Positions 46,480 to 54,137 of a stretch of DNA of 54,137 nt are shown here, one piece after another. The position numbers were made by a program, and so were the translations under genes. Each line of letters starts with the position of its first letter. The first letter of the stretch is position 1. The stretch is from a virus (taxonomy: Duplodnaviria > Caudoviricetes): positions 1 to 54,137 of the IMG/VR virus record IMGVR_UViG_3300027963_000098. One strand, 5' to 3'. A model generated the notes under the pieces. It was not told where the DNA came from, did not search any database, and saw nothing but the letters and a program-made list of their open reading frames with translations.

Positions 46480-46845
46480 ATGTCTAATACCACCTTTTCG
46501 GGACCAGTTCGCTCGCAGAACGGCTTCCAAACTATTTCGATTAACGCAGATACTGGCGCAGTCACCACCACCGCGACCATCGGCGCTGCAACTTCCGTCA
46601 CCACCTTGTCGGCTACCGGCAACATCACCGCTGACTCGAACCAAGCTGTTGTTGCTGGCGGCACTGCCGCGTTCCTTGCCACCACCACCGCTGGTTTGGG
46701 TATCTATGTGGGTTCGGGCGCACCGACCGTGTCGGCTGCTCAAGGCTCGCTGTACATCCGTACCGATGGTTCTTCGACTAGCACCCGTCTGTATGTAAAT
46801 ACGACCGGTTCGACGACTTGGACTAACGTTACCACTGCTGCTTAA
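46480..46845 (+). CDS. Virion structural protein
   Basis: MSNTTFSGPVRS N-terminus; GAPT..GSLYIRTDG..LYVNT fibre-type motif. Confidence 0.7.
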   Translation: MSNTTFSGPVRSQNGFQTISINADTGAVTTTATIGAATSVTTLSATGNITADSNQAVVAGGTAAFLATTTAGLGIYVGSGAPTVSAAQGSLYIRTDGSSTSTRLYVNTTGSTTWTNVTTAA

Positions 46846-46857
46846 TAGGGGCGCGTC

Positions 46858-47154
46858 ATGACGATGCAAACTGATGTTAAGTCGGCGCACCTAAGCGCCG
46901 CCGGTTCCTACTACGGGGACCGTACCAGACTACGGGGCATTGTTGTATCCCCAAAAATAAGCACGGCGGTAACATTTGAAATCCGAGACGGTAGCGCCAC
47001 AGCCGCCGTTCTCTACACGATGGACTTAGCTGGCAACAGTAATCCAAACACGTTTTATGTCATAGTCCCCGGTGAAGGTATTTTGGCTAAGACCGGGCTA
47101 TATCTGACCTTATCGGTTGGCTCAGTTACCGGTATCACGGTGTTCTATGGCTAA
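46858..47154 (+). CDS. Conserved virion protein
   Basis: MQTDVK..PGEGIL..TVFYG. Confidence 0.65.
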   Translation: MTMQTDVKSAHLSAAGSYYGDRTRLRGIVVSPKISTAVTFEIRDGSATAAVLYTMDLAGNSNPNTFYVIVPGEGILAKTGLYLTLSVGSVTGITVFYG

Positions 47155-47401
47155 GTCTCCGGCTTGGACGCGTAAAGAAGGCAAGAACCCCAAGGGTGGT
47201 TTGAATGCTAAGGGCCGTGCTTCTTATAATGCTGCTAATCCGGGTAAACCGGGGCTGAAAGCTCCGCAGCCTGAAGGTGGTTCGCGTAAGAAGTCTTTTT
47301 GTGCCCGTATGTCAGGTATGAAGAAGAAGCTTACTAGCGCTAAGACTGCTAATGACCCTAACTCGCGTATCAACAAAAGCCTGCGGGCATGGAATTGTTA
47401 A
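47147..47401 (+). CDS. Small basic protein
   Basis: MAKSPAWTRKEGK..SFCARMSG..LRAWNC. Confidence 0.7.
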   Translation: MAKSPAWTRKEGKNPKGGLNAKGRASYNAANPGKPGLKAPQPEGGSRKKSFCARMSGMKKKLTSAKTANDPNSRINKSLRAWNC

Positions 47402-47402
47402 C

Positions 47403-47585
47403 ATGACAGAACATCACGAAACCATTAAACAGGCAGTTGATGCGGCGTCTGTGGTCACTGTAGTTGGAACACTTATGAATGCACTACCGGCGATTGCAGC
47501 AGCATTCTCGATTGTCTGGTCGGTCATCCGCATCTACGAAACCAAGACCGTGCGAGACTGGATTCAAAATGCCAAGCGTAAGTAA
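47403..47585 (+). CDS. Small membrane protein (possible holin)
   Basis: Hydrophobic stretch VVTVVGTLMNALPAIAAAFSIVW and a basic C-terminus. Confidence 0.5.
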   Translation: MTEHHETIKQAVDAASVVTVVGTLMNALPAIAAAFSIVWSVIRIYETKTVRDWIQNAKRK

Positions 47586-48006
47586 GAAGCAGCACAACTT
47601 TATGGCGGCGGTGGCCCATAACCCGAAGTTTGCCAAAAAGGTAGGTATCCCTCAAAGTGTGGGGGAGGAATTTAACAAAGCCGATAAAGGCAAACAATTT
47701 AAACGAGGTGGTGAAATGGCTACGAAGATGAAGATGTTTGAAAAGTCAGGTAAAGACACTGAGAAGAAAGGCATGAAAGAAGGCTCTAAGGCAGATATGG
47801 CTTTGGATAAAAAGCAAATGATGGGCATGAAGAAGGGCGGCGCTTGCAAGAAGATGGCTAAGGGTGGCTCGGTTGGTTCGGCCTCTAAGCGTGCAGATGG
47901 TGTTGCTGTTAAAGGCAAGACCAAGGGCCGTAACCTTGGTGACTCTGGTAAGACTGTTGGTATTCAAAGCGGCGCTCGCGGCATGAAGCGCGGCGGTAAG
48001 TGCTAA
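47569..48006 (+). CDS. Lys/Gly-rich basic protein
   Basis: MPSVSKKQHNFMAAVAHNP; four xxxGG motifs. Confidence 0.65.
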   Translation: MPSVSKKQHNFMAAVAHNPKFAKKVGIPQSVGEEFNKADKGKQFKRGGEMATKMKMFEKSGKDTEKKGMKEGSKADMALDKKQMMGMKKGGACKKMAKGGSVGSASKRADGVAVKGKTKGRNLGDSGKTVGIQSGARGMKRGGKC

Positions 48007-48016
48007 GGAGCTAATT

Positions 48017-48451
48017 ATGGCAACCCCGAAAGAAAAATTAAGCAGATTACTTTTTGGTACGGATAAAAGTATTCTGACCAAAGGCGACCAACACGAAGAA
48101 TCCAAGATGGGGTCTTCCAAGAACGCCGACGCAGGCACTGGTCGGGGCACTACCGCTTTTGGGGGCAGCAAGTCATTTAAGGACGCTTTTAAAGAAGCCC
48201 GCGCTGCCGGTAAGGAAACGTTTAGCTGGAATGGGAAGAAGTATACCACGGAAATGGCCGGTGCAAAGAAGCCCGCCGCAGAAGAAACTAAATTTGAGTC
48301 GTCTATGCCTAGCGTTATGAGCGATGAAGAAGGCACTACAACTAGTTTTAAGCGTGGTGGTAAGGTGAAGAAAATGGCTTCTGGTGGCTCTGCTTCGCGC
48401 CGTGCTGATGGCTGCGCTCAACGCGGTAAAACTCGCGGAAGGATGGTGTAA
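48017..48451 (+). CDS. Basic protein with SFKDAFKEAR..FSWNGKKYTT motif
   Basis: AAGGAG RBS; shared C-terminal RADGCAQRGKTRG module. Confidence 0.65.
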   Translation: MATPKEKLSRLLFGTDKSILTKGDQHEESKMGSSKNADAGTGRGTTAFGGSKSFKDAFKEARAAGKETFSWNGKKYTTEMAGAKKPAAEETKFESSMPSVMSDEEGTTTSFKRGGKVKKMASGGSASRRADGCAQRGKTRGRMV

Positions 48452-48453
48452 TC

Positions 48454-48702
48454 ATGGCAATCGAAGACATTTTAGGAGCTGTTTCTCCTGTGTTTAGCGT
48501 TGTATCCGGTAAGGGTCCGTATGCTGATTTAGCACGAAGCGGCGTTGCCGGGATTATTCCTCAAGCAATTGTGCCCGAGAAAAAGCAGAAATCGCAAAAT
48601 GAAGTCAAGCAAGTGAAGAAGGGTGGCATGATTAAGTCGTCCGCCTCAAAGCGTGCTGATGGCTGCGCTCAACGCGGTAAAACACGAGGCAAAATGGTAT
48701 GA
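48454..48702 (+). CDS. Small basic protein
   Basis: Same C-terminal module as 48017. Confidence 0.6.
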   Translation: MAIEDILGAVSPVFSVVSGKGPYADLARSGVAGIIPQAIVPEKKQKSQNEVKQVKKGGMIKSSASKRADGCAQRGKTRGKMV

Positions 48703-48980
48703 GAGCTAGTCGGGGTATGGGTTGTATTAATCCTTCAAAGATGCCGAAGGCTAAGACCGTTCGTCGCAAAGACAACCCCAACGAAGTTACTGAATACAAA
48801 AAAGGTGGCCTGAGCAAGGTCAATGAAGCAGGTAACTACACCAAACCCGGCATGCGCAAGTCCTTATTCAACAGCATCAAAGGCGGCGGTAAGGGTGGTG
48901 CTCCGGGTCAGTGGTCGGCCCGCAAGGCACAAATGCTGGCGCTGCAGTATAAGAAGCGCGGCGGCGGGTACAGGGATTAG
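48699..48980 (+). CDS. Small basic protein
   Basis: MRASRGMG..GNYTKP..GQWSARKAQ. Confidence 0.6.
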   Translation: MRASRGMGCINPSKMPKAKTVRRKDNPNEVTEYKKGGLSKVNEAGNYTKPGMRKSLFNSIKGGGKGGAPGQWSARKAQMLALQYKKRGGGYRD

Positions 48981-48981
48981 T

Positions 48982-49227
48982 ATGAAAAAGCCCCAGCAAA
49001 GCCTCAAGGCTTGGACGGAGCAGAAGTGGAGAACTAAAAGTGGTAAGCCGTCAACGCAAGGACCAAAAGCAACCGGAGAGCGATACCTCCCGGAAGCGGC
49101 GATTAAGTCGTTATCTCCGTCAGAATATGCTGCAACGACTAGAGCGAAGAGAGCAGGAAAAAGAGCAGGAAAGCAATTTGTAGCACAGCCTAAAACTGTC
49201 GCAAAGAAAACTTCGAGATATAGATGA
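48982..49227 (+). CDS. Small basic protein (DUF5872-like)
   Basis: QQSLKAWTEQKWRTKSG..GERYLP. Confidence 0.6.
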   Translation: MKKPQQSLKAWTEQKWRTKSGKPSTQGPKATGERYLPEAAIKSLSPSEYAATTRAKRAGKRAGKQFVAQPKTVAKKTSRYR

Positions 49228-49955
49228 CTACTTCCGGCACCACAGACTTTAATTTAAACCTCAATGAGCTTGTTGAAGAAGCTTTTGAGCGTTGTGGCGC
49301 GGAACTAAGAACTGGTTATGATTTACGAACTGCTCGGCGTAGCCTTAATCTGCTTACTATTGAGTGGGCTAATCGCGGCATTAATCTTTGGACTATTGAG
49401 CAGGGAAGTATCGCCCTTACCCAAGGAACCATTGTATACGACCTGCCTGTTGATACTATTGATTTGCTCGACCACGTGGTCCGGACTGGCACCGGCCAAA
49501 ACCAAATCGACATCAATATCACCCGAATCTCAGAATCAACCTATTCGACAATCCCGAATAAGAACGCTCAAGGCCGACCGATTCAGGTCTGGATAAACCG
49601 TCAGTCTGGTGCTACGTATCCAACTACTGGTGTTAACGCCCCTAAGATTAATATCTGGCCTACGGCTAACGTAGATAATACATACACCTTTGTATATTGG
49701 CGCTTGCGCCGTATCCAAGACGCTGGTACCGGCGGTACCGCTACACAAGACATTCCGTTCCGCTTCCTCCCCTGCATGGTTGCGGGCCTTGCTTATTATC
49801 TTTCTATGAAGCTGCCTAACATAGACCCCGGCAGACGTGCTGAGTTGAAAATGGACTATGAGCAACAGTTTCAAATGGCCGCTGATGAGGACCGGGAAAA
49901 AGCTTCTCTCCGTTTAGCCCCGCGTATTGGGTATGTTGGTGGCGGGGGCTGGTAA
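49224..49955 (+). CDS. Head-tail adaptor/tail tubular-like protein
   Basis: EEAFERCG..RSLNLL..WANRG..PFRFLPCMVAGLAYYL; synteny. Confidence 0.65.
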   Translation: MTTSGTTDFNLNLNELVEEAFERCGAELRTGYDLRTARRSLNLLTIEWANRGINLWTIEQGSIALTQGTIVYDLPVDTIDLLDHVVRTGTGQNQIDINITRISESTYSTIPNKNAQGRPIQVWINRQSGATYPTTGVNAPKINIWPTANVDNTYTFVYWRLRRIQDAGTGGTATQDIPFRFLPCMVAGLAYYLSMKLPNIDPGRRAELKMDYEQQFQMAADEDREKASLRLAPRIGYVGGGGW

Positions 49956-50368
49956 TGTCTTCTAAGTTTTCATCCGGCAAAAATGCAATTTCGGAGTGTG
50001 ACCGTTGTGGATTTAGGTATAAGCTCAAACAGTTAAAACGCTTGGTTATTAAGACCAAAAACATTAATATTCTGGTGTGCCCTACTTGCTGGGAACCTGA
50101 CCAACCGCAGTTGTCTTTAGGATTGTATCCGGTCGATGACCCGCAAGCAGTACGTAATCCACGGCCCGATGTATCATACTATCAGTCAGGTACTACAGGT
50201 CTGCAGCTTACAAACAGCGGTAACGCCGGACCTCCGGGTGGGGGGAGTAGAGTTATTCAGTGGGGTTGGAATCCGGTTGGTGGCTCAAGAGCAAACGACG
50301 ACTTTTTGACTCCTAATAACTTAGCTCTAACCGTACTTTTAAATAGCGTAACCGTAGTAACAACTTAA
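49955..50368 (+). CDS. Conserved Zn-finger virion-module protein
   Basis: CDRCGF..VCPTCWEPDQPQL..DPQAVRNPRPD. Confidence 0.65.
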   Translation: MSSKFSSGKNAISECDRCGFRYKLKQLKRLVIKTKNINILVCPTCWEPDQPQLSLGLYPVDDPQAVRNPRPDVSYYQSGTTGLQLTNSGNAGPPGGGSRVIQWGWNPVGGSRANDDFLTPNNLALTVLLNSVTVVTT

Positions 50369-50377
50369 GGAACAATC

Positions 50378-50548
50378 ATGGACAAGAAAGAAGTTAAGAA
50401 GATTGCCGACGAAGAAGTTAAGTCGCACGAAAAGCGTATGCACGGCAAGGGTTTCGCCAAAGGCGGCAAGACCAATCTTGATATGAAGAAGTATGGTCGC
50501 GGCATGGCTAAGGTCATCAATCAACGCACTTCGTCGCGGGGTCGATAA
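50378..50548 (+). CDS. 56-aa basic protein (absent from the ORF track)
   Basis: AAGGA RBS; MDKKEVKKIADEEVKSHEKRMH..FAKGG. Confidence 0.65.
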   Translation: MDKKEVKKIADEEVKSHEKRMHGKGFAKGGKTNLDMKKYGRGMAKVINQRTSSRGR

Positions 50549-50814
50549 TGGCTAATTTCAGTATGAAGAAGGGTGGCAAGGAAGTCGGCTCTGCCGAAGT
50601 CTATGCTGAACCCCATAATATGAAGGGTCAAAAAGGCGCGGACGTTAGCAATAACGGATATTTCCCGGAACCAACCAAAGCAGATAAAGTGAATATGTCG
50701 GTGGGTAATGTCAACCGTAATGGGTACGACCCCAAAGCCAAAGATGATGGCATTGAAATCCGTGGTTGTGGCGCTGCTACTAAGGGCACCAAAGCCCGTG
50801 GCCCGATGGCTTAA
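50548..50814 (+). CDS. Small basic protein
   Basis: MKKGG; C-terminal RGCGAATKGTKARGPMA. Confidence 0.6.
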   Translation: MANFSMKKGGKEVGSAEVYAEPHNMKGQKGADVSNNGYFPEPTKADKVNMSVGNVNRNGYDPKAKDDGIEIRGCGAATKGTKARGPMA

Positions 50815-50816
50815 TC

Positions 50817-51500
50817 ATGAACTACACACAGTTAGTTGCTGAGATTCAAAGCTATACTGAGAATCAGTTTGCAACTGATGATATAAACACGTTCATTAAA
50901 CAAGCCGAACAACGTATTTACAATACGATTCAGTTCCCGTCGCTGCGTAAAAATGTTACCGGTACAACCTTTTCTGGTAATAAGTACCTTTCCGCCCCGG
51001 ATGATTTTCTTGCAGTTTATTCTATGGCCGTTGCTACCGGAGTTACCGGGGGTAATATAAATACAGGCACATACGAATATCTGTTAAACAAAGACGTTAA
51101 CTTTATTCGTGCCGCATATCCGTCACCAAATGATACGGGTGTACCTGCGTATTACGCAATTTTTGGTCCAACTACGACAAGTTCATCAGTTATTACAAAT
51201 GAGCTTTCATTTATTCTAGGCCCAACACCAAACGCTCTTTACTATATTGAGCTGCATTATTACTATTACCCCGAGTCAATTGTTACCGCTACTACGTCTT
51301 GGCTTGGTGATAATTTTGATTCCGTTCTTTTTTATGGCTCACTGCTTGAAGCCTATACCTATATGAAGGGTGAGGCAGATGTTTATAGCGCGTATCAGAA
51401 ACGCTATGATGAAGCTCTTGCTATGGCTAAGCGTCTGGGTGATGGCATGGAGCGTGGTGATGCGTATCGTGATGGTCAATACAAGCAGAAGGTGGTTTGA
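50817..51500 (+). CDS. Head-tail connector/adaptor protein
   Basis: MNYTQL..FIKQAEQRI..GPTP..FYGSLLEAYTYMKGE. Confidence 0.65.
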   Translation: MNYTQLVAEIQSYTENQFATDDINTFIKQAEQRIYNTIQFPSLRKNVTGTTFSGNKYLSAPDDFLAVYSMAVATGVTGGNINTGTYEYLLNKDVNFIRAAYPSPNDTGVPAYYAIFGPTTTSSSVITNELSFILGPTPNALYYIELHYYYYPESIVTATTSWLGDNFDSVLFYGSLLEAYTYMKGEADVYSAYQKRYDEALAMAKRLGDGMERGDAYRDGQYKQKVV

Positions 51501-51919
51501 TGAGTTTCACCGGTAACTACACCTGCGATACATTCAAGTCCGGGCTACTAGCCGGTACGTTTGACTTTGCCGCGCCGACTTCACAGACTTTCAAGATTGC
51601 ACTGTATGATTCATACGCTACGTTGAATGCACAAACCACTGCGTACACAACCGACTATGAAGTTGTAGCGACGGGATACACCGCAGGTGGACAGACCATT
51701 ACTCCGTCTGTAGGTTTCTTGGATGGCGTTTCATATTTGGATTTTTCTGACGCCACTTGGACTGGTATTATTACTGCTCGTGGCGCACTGATTTATCAAG
51801 ATAGTAGTAATATCGCTTTGTTTGTTCTTGATTTTGGGGCGGATAAAACGTCCACTACCCAATTCCAAGTTCAGTTCCCTATAGCATCAAACACATCGGC
51901 GTTAGTCCGAATCAATTAA
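51497..51919 (+). CDS. Tail structural protein
   Basis: FKIALY..GYTAGG..ARGALIY..LDFGADK. Confidence 0.65.
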   Translation: MMSFTGNYTCDTFKSGLLAGTFDFAAPTSQTFKIALYDSYATLNAQTTAYTTDYEVVATGYTAGGQTITPSVGFLDGVSYLDFSDATWTGIITARGALIYQDSSNIALFVLDFGADKTSTTQFQVQFPIASNTSALVRIN

Positions 51920-51928
51920 GGAGTTATC

Positions 51929-52708
51929 ATGCAAAACGAAGAAGTCAAAATGAGTGACGCTACTGCGGCGCTTGTTGAACAAAATGGTGGCCTTGCCGAT
52001 AGCGCAAAGGCTAGTGGTGTTTATCACATCCAATGCTGGGACAAGGACGGCAACCTCAAGTGGGAAGCCGAGTCTAAGAACCTTGTATTGAACGGTGGTC
52101 TGCAAGACATGAACTCCAAGTATTTTATTGGTTCGTCTTACACTGCTGCTTGGTATATTGGTCTGTACGGTTCGGGTGCTTCGGTTAATCCGGTTGCTAC
52201 TGACACGATGGCAACCAGCACGTTCTCTGCTACTGGCTCGTCTATTTCTGGCACCACGCTGACTATTGGTACTGTTACTTCTGGTACTGTAACCATCGGT
52301 CAACTTATTAGCGGCACCAACGTTTTGGGTGGTACTTATATTACTGCCGGTTCGGGTTCTAGTTGGACTGTTTCGCAATCGCAAACTGTGACATCGACCA
52401 CCATCAGTGCAGCAACCGCTCGTACTTGGTCTGAAGTTACTACTTATAGTAACGCCACCCGTCCCGCCGCTACGTTTGTTGCGCCTACTGTTGCAAACCC
52501 GTCTGTAGCCACCAATAGTGCTTCGCCCGCATCGTTTACCATCAACGGCACCACTACCGTTGGCGGAGCATTTTTAACAAACGTCAACACCAAGAGCGGT
52601 GTTACCGGTGTTATGTATTCGGCTGCTGACTTCTCGTCGCCGGGTGACCGTGCGGTTGTGTCTGGCGATACGCTGACCGTTACTTACACTCTCAGCCTTG
52701 CCGGTTAA
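51929..52708 (+). CDS. Tail structural protein with an inserted beta module
   Basis: [27 protein letters not shown]. Confidence 0.65.
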   Translation: MQNEEVKMSDATAALVEQNGGLADSAKASGVYHIQCWDKDGNLKWEAESKNLVLNGGLQDMNSKYFIGSSYTAAWYIGLYGSGASVNPVATDTMATSTFSATGSSISGTTLTIGTVTSGTVTIGQLISGTNVLGGTYITAGSGSSWTVSQSQTVTSTTISAATARTWSEVTTYSNATRPAATFVAPTVANPSVATNSASPASFTINGTTTVGGAFLTNVNTKSGVTGVMYSAADFSSPGDRAVVSGDTLTVTYTLSLAG

Positions 52709-52718
52709 GGAGAACTAA

Positions 52719-52898
52719 ATGGCTACTAAATTTAAAAAAGGCGATAACGTCAAGGCTAAAGGCGTCATCCCCGAAGGTCCGGTTGAAGCCCTGCGTATGG
52801 ATGAAGATGGTAATTTCTTCTACCAAATTTCGTGGAATGATGTTAACGGCGAAACTCAACAGCGGTGGTTTGGCGAAGCAGAACTAACTGCGGAGTGA
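52719..52898 (+). CDS. 59-aa KOW/SH3-like small protein (absent from the ORF track)
   Basis: AAGGAG RBS; MATKFKKGDNVK..RWFGEAEL. Confidence 0.65.
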   Translation: MATKFKKGDNVKAKGVIPEGPVEALRMDEDGNFFYQISWNDVNGETQQRWFGEAELTAE

Positions 52899-52903
52899 TT
52901 TAA

Positions 52904-54137
52904 ATGGCGCTTGTTGTCAAAGACAGAGTACAGGAAACCACGACCACTACCGGTACCGGCACCATTACGCTTGCTGGTGCTGTTAGTGGATTTCAATCTT
53001 TTTCGGTCATTGGCAACGCCAACACTACTTACTACTCAATTGTTCATCAGACGCTGGCCGAATGGGAAGTAGGTATTGGAACCTATACTTCCTCTGGCAC
53101 GACACTGTCGCGTGACACAATTCTTGCTTCTTCTAATAGCGGTAGTGCTGTTAACTTCAGCGCAGGTTCAAAAAACGTATTCTGTACTTATCCGGCTGGT
53201 AAATCTATTTATCTTGATGCCTCTGGTAATTCTATTGCTCTTGGAACCATAGCAAGCGGAACAACTTTAACCAACGCTACTGGCCTTCCACTTTCTACTG
53301 GCGTAACGGGCACTTTGCCCGTGGCCAATGGTGGTACCGGTCAAACTTCTTACACCGACGGTCAACTACTAATTGGCAACACTACCGGCAATACGCTAAC
53401 AAAAGCCACGCTAACCGCTGGCTCAAATGTAACCATTACTAACGGCGCTGGCAGTATCACTATTGCTGCTAGCAGTCAGATACAAACTGTATTGTTTAGT
53501 GGATTTGCCGCAACGGCAACTGGCTCCAGCGGCACAATGACAACCAGCAGCGAACAAAACTCACTATTGCAAAATGGCGTTTACGGTTCGTTTGTGCTGC
53601 CAACTTATGCAGGAACTGCATCGGTCAGCGGAACCACCATGACTGTGACTGCGACCACTCAAGGCGCACTGGATGTCGGTTCTGTGGTGACGTTCCCTTC
53701 ATTTGCTGGTACCGCGACAAACTCCGGCACTACGTTGACAATTGCCACTAACACCGCTGGCGGAGTACAAGTCGGTACGGTTATCAATACGGCGTGTTCA
53801 ATCACAGCATCAAGAGCTACTAGCGTAATGACCGTGACAGCAGTGGCTTCTGGCGGTGTTCATGTTGGCATGGTGATTAGTGGGTGCGGGACTGTTGTTT
53901 CCTTTGGCACCGGCTCTGGTGGTAACGGTACATACAACATGGACGCATCCGGCACTGTGGCAAGCGCCTCTCGCACCGGCTCTGGCACTGCGACCATCTC
54001 CGCATTTGGCACTGGCGCTGGCGGCACAGGCACCTACACCACTAACAGGTCTTACACCGCCACCACCTACACGCTGACCGCCAACACGTTGACCAAAACC
54101 ATTTCGGCACTTGGTACCGGCACCGGCGGTAATGGTA
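52904..54137 (+). CDS. Tail fibre protein (runs off the window end)
   Basis: MALVVKDRVQETTTTTGTGT N-terminus; GTLPVANGGTG motif; Ser/Thr/Gly-rich repeats; no stop before the end. Confidence 0.8.
   Translation, partial: MALVVKDRVQETTTTTGTGTITLAGAVSGFQSFSVIGNANTTYYSIVHQTLAEWEVGIGTYTSSGTTLSRDTILASSNSGSAVNFSAGSKNVFCTYPAGKSIYLDASGNSIALGTIASGTTLTNATGLPLSTGVTGTLPVANGGTGQTSYTDGQLLIGNTTGNTLTKATLTAGSNVTITNGAGSITIAASSQIQTVLFSGFAATATGSSGTMTTSSEQNSLLQNGVYGSFVLPTYAGTASVSGTTMTVTATTQGALDVGSVVTFPSFAGTATNSGTTLTIATNTAGGVQVGTVINTACSITASRATSVMTVTAVASGGVHVGMVISGCGTVVSFGTGSGGNGTYNMDASGTVASASRTGSGTATISAFGTGAGGTGTYTTNRSYTATTYTLTANTLTKTISALGTGTGGNG

Noticed and set aside
1-54137. Stop-codon reassignment or a diversity-generating retroelement
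   Set aside because: Genes are full length in the standard code and end in all three stops. I saw no reverse transcriptase or template/variable repeat pair.

Overview
About 54 kb of a tailed dsDNA phage genome (podovirus-like Caudoviricetes; a freshwater betaproteobacterial host is a guess). The window starts and ends inside tail genes, so it is incomplete and probably circularly permuted. It has three blocks. (1) 1-12052 (+): end of the virion operon, with ejection/internal proteins and a 2153-aa polyvalent protein. (2) 12051-37320 (-): early and replication genes, including primase-helicase, SNF2 helicase, PolA, nucleases, MazG, tRNA-Leu(UAA), a MoxR AAA/VWA-peptidase pair, many small ORFs and a repeat-rich putative origin. 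(3) 37568-54137 (+): terminase, portal, GroES, scaffold, major capsid protein, small basic proteins, connector and tail genes. I saw no integrase, CRISPR array or reverse transcriptase. The most interesting unannotated signals are: a 29-bp palindrome repeated 12 times only in the early region; a ~60-nt sRNA with its own promoter and terminator, whose unpaired core is antisense to a shared AACCAAG/SD leader of early genes; a second structured RNA; a double-pseudoknot 5' leader; a self-contained 50-aa gene with a PhaR-type operator; a recurring [MFY]-[AK]-x-GG motif in virion-internal proteins; a nested domain arrangement in the tail fibre; and strong GATC avoidance. All product calls come from motif recognition and gene order, not from database searches.
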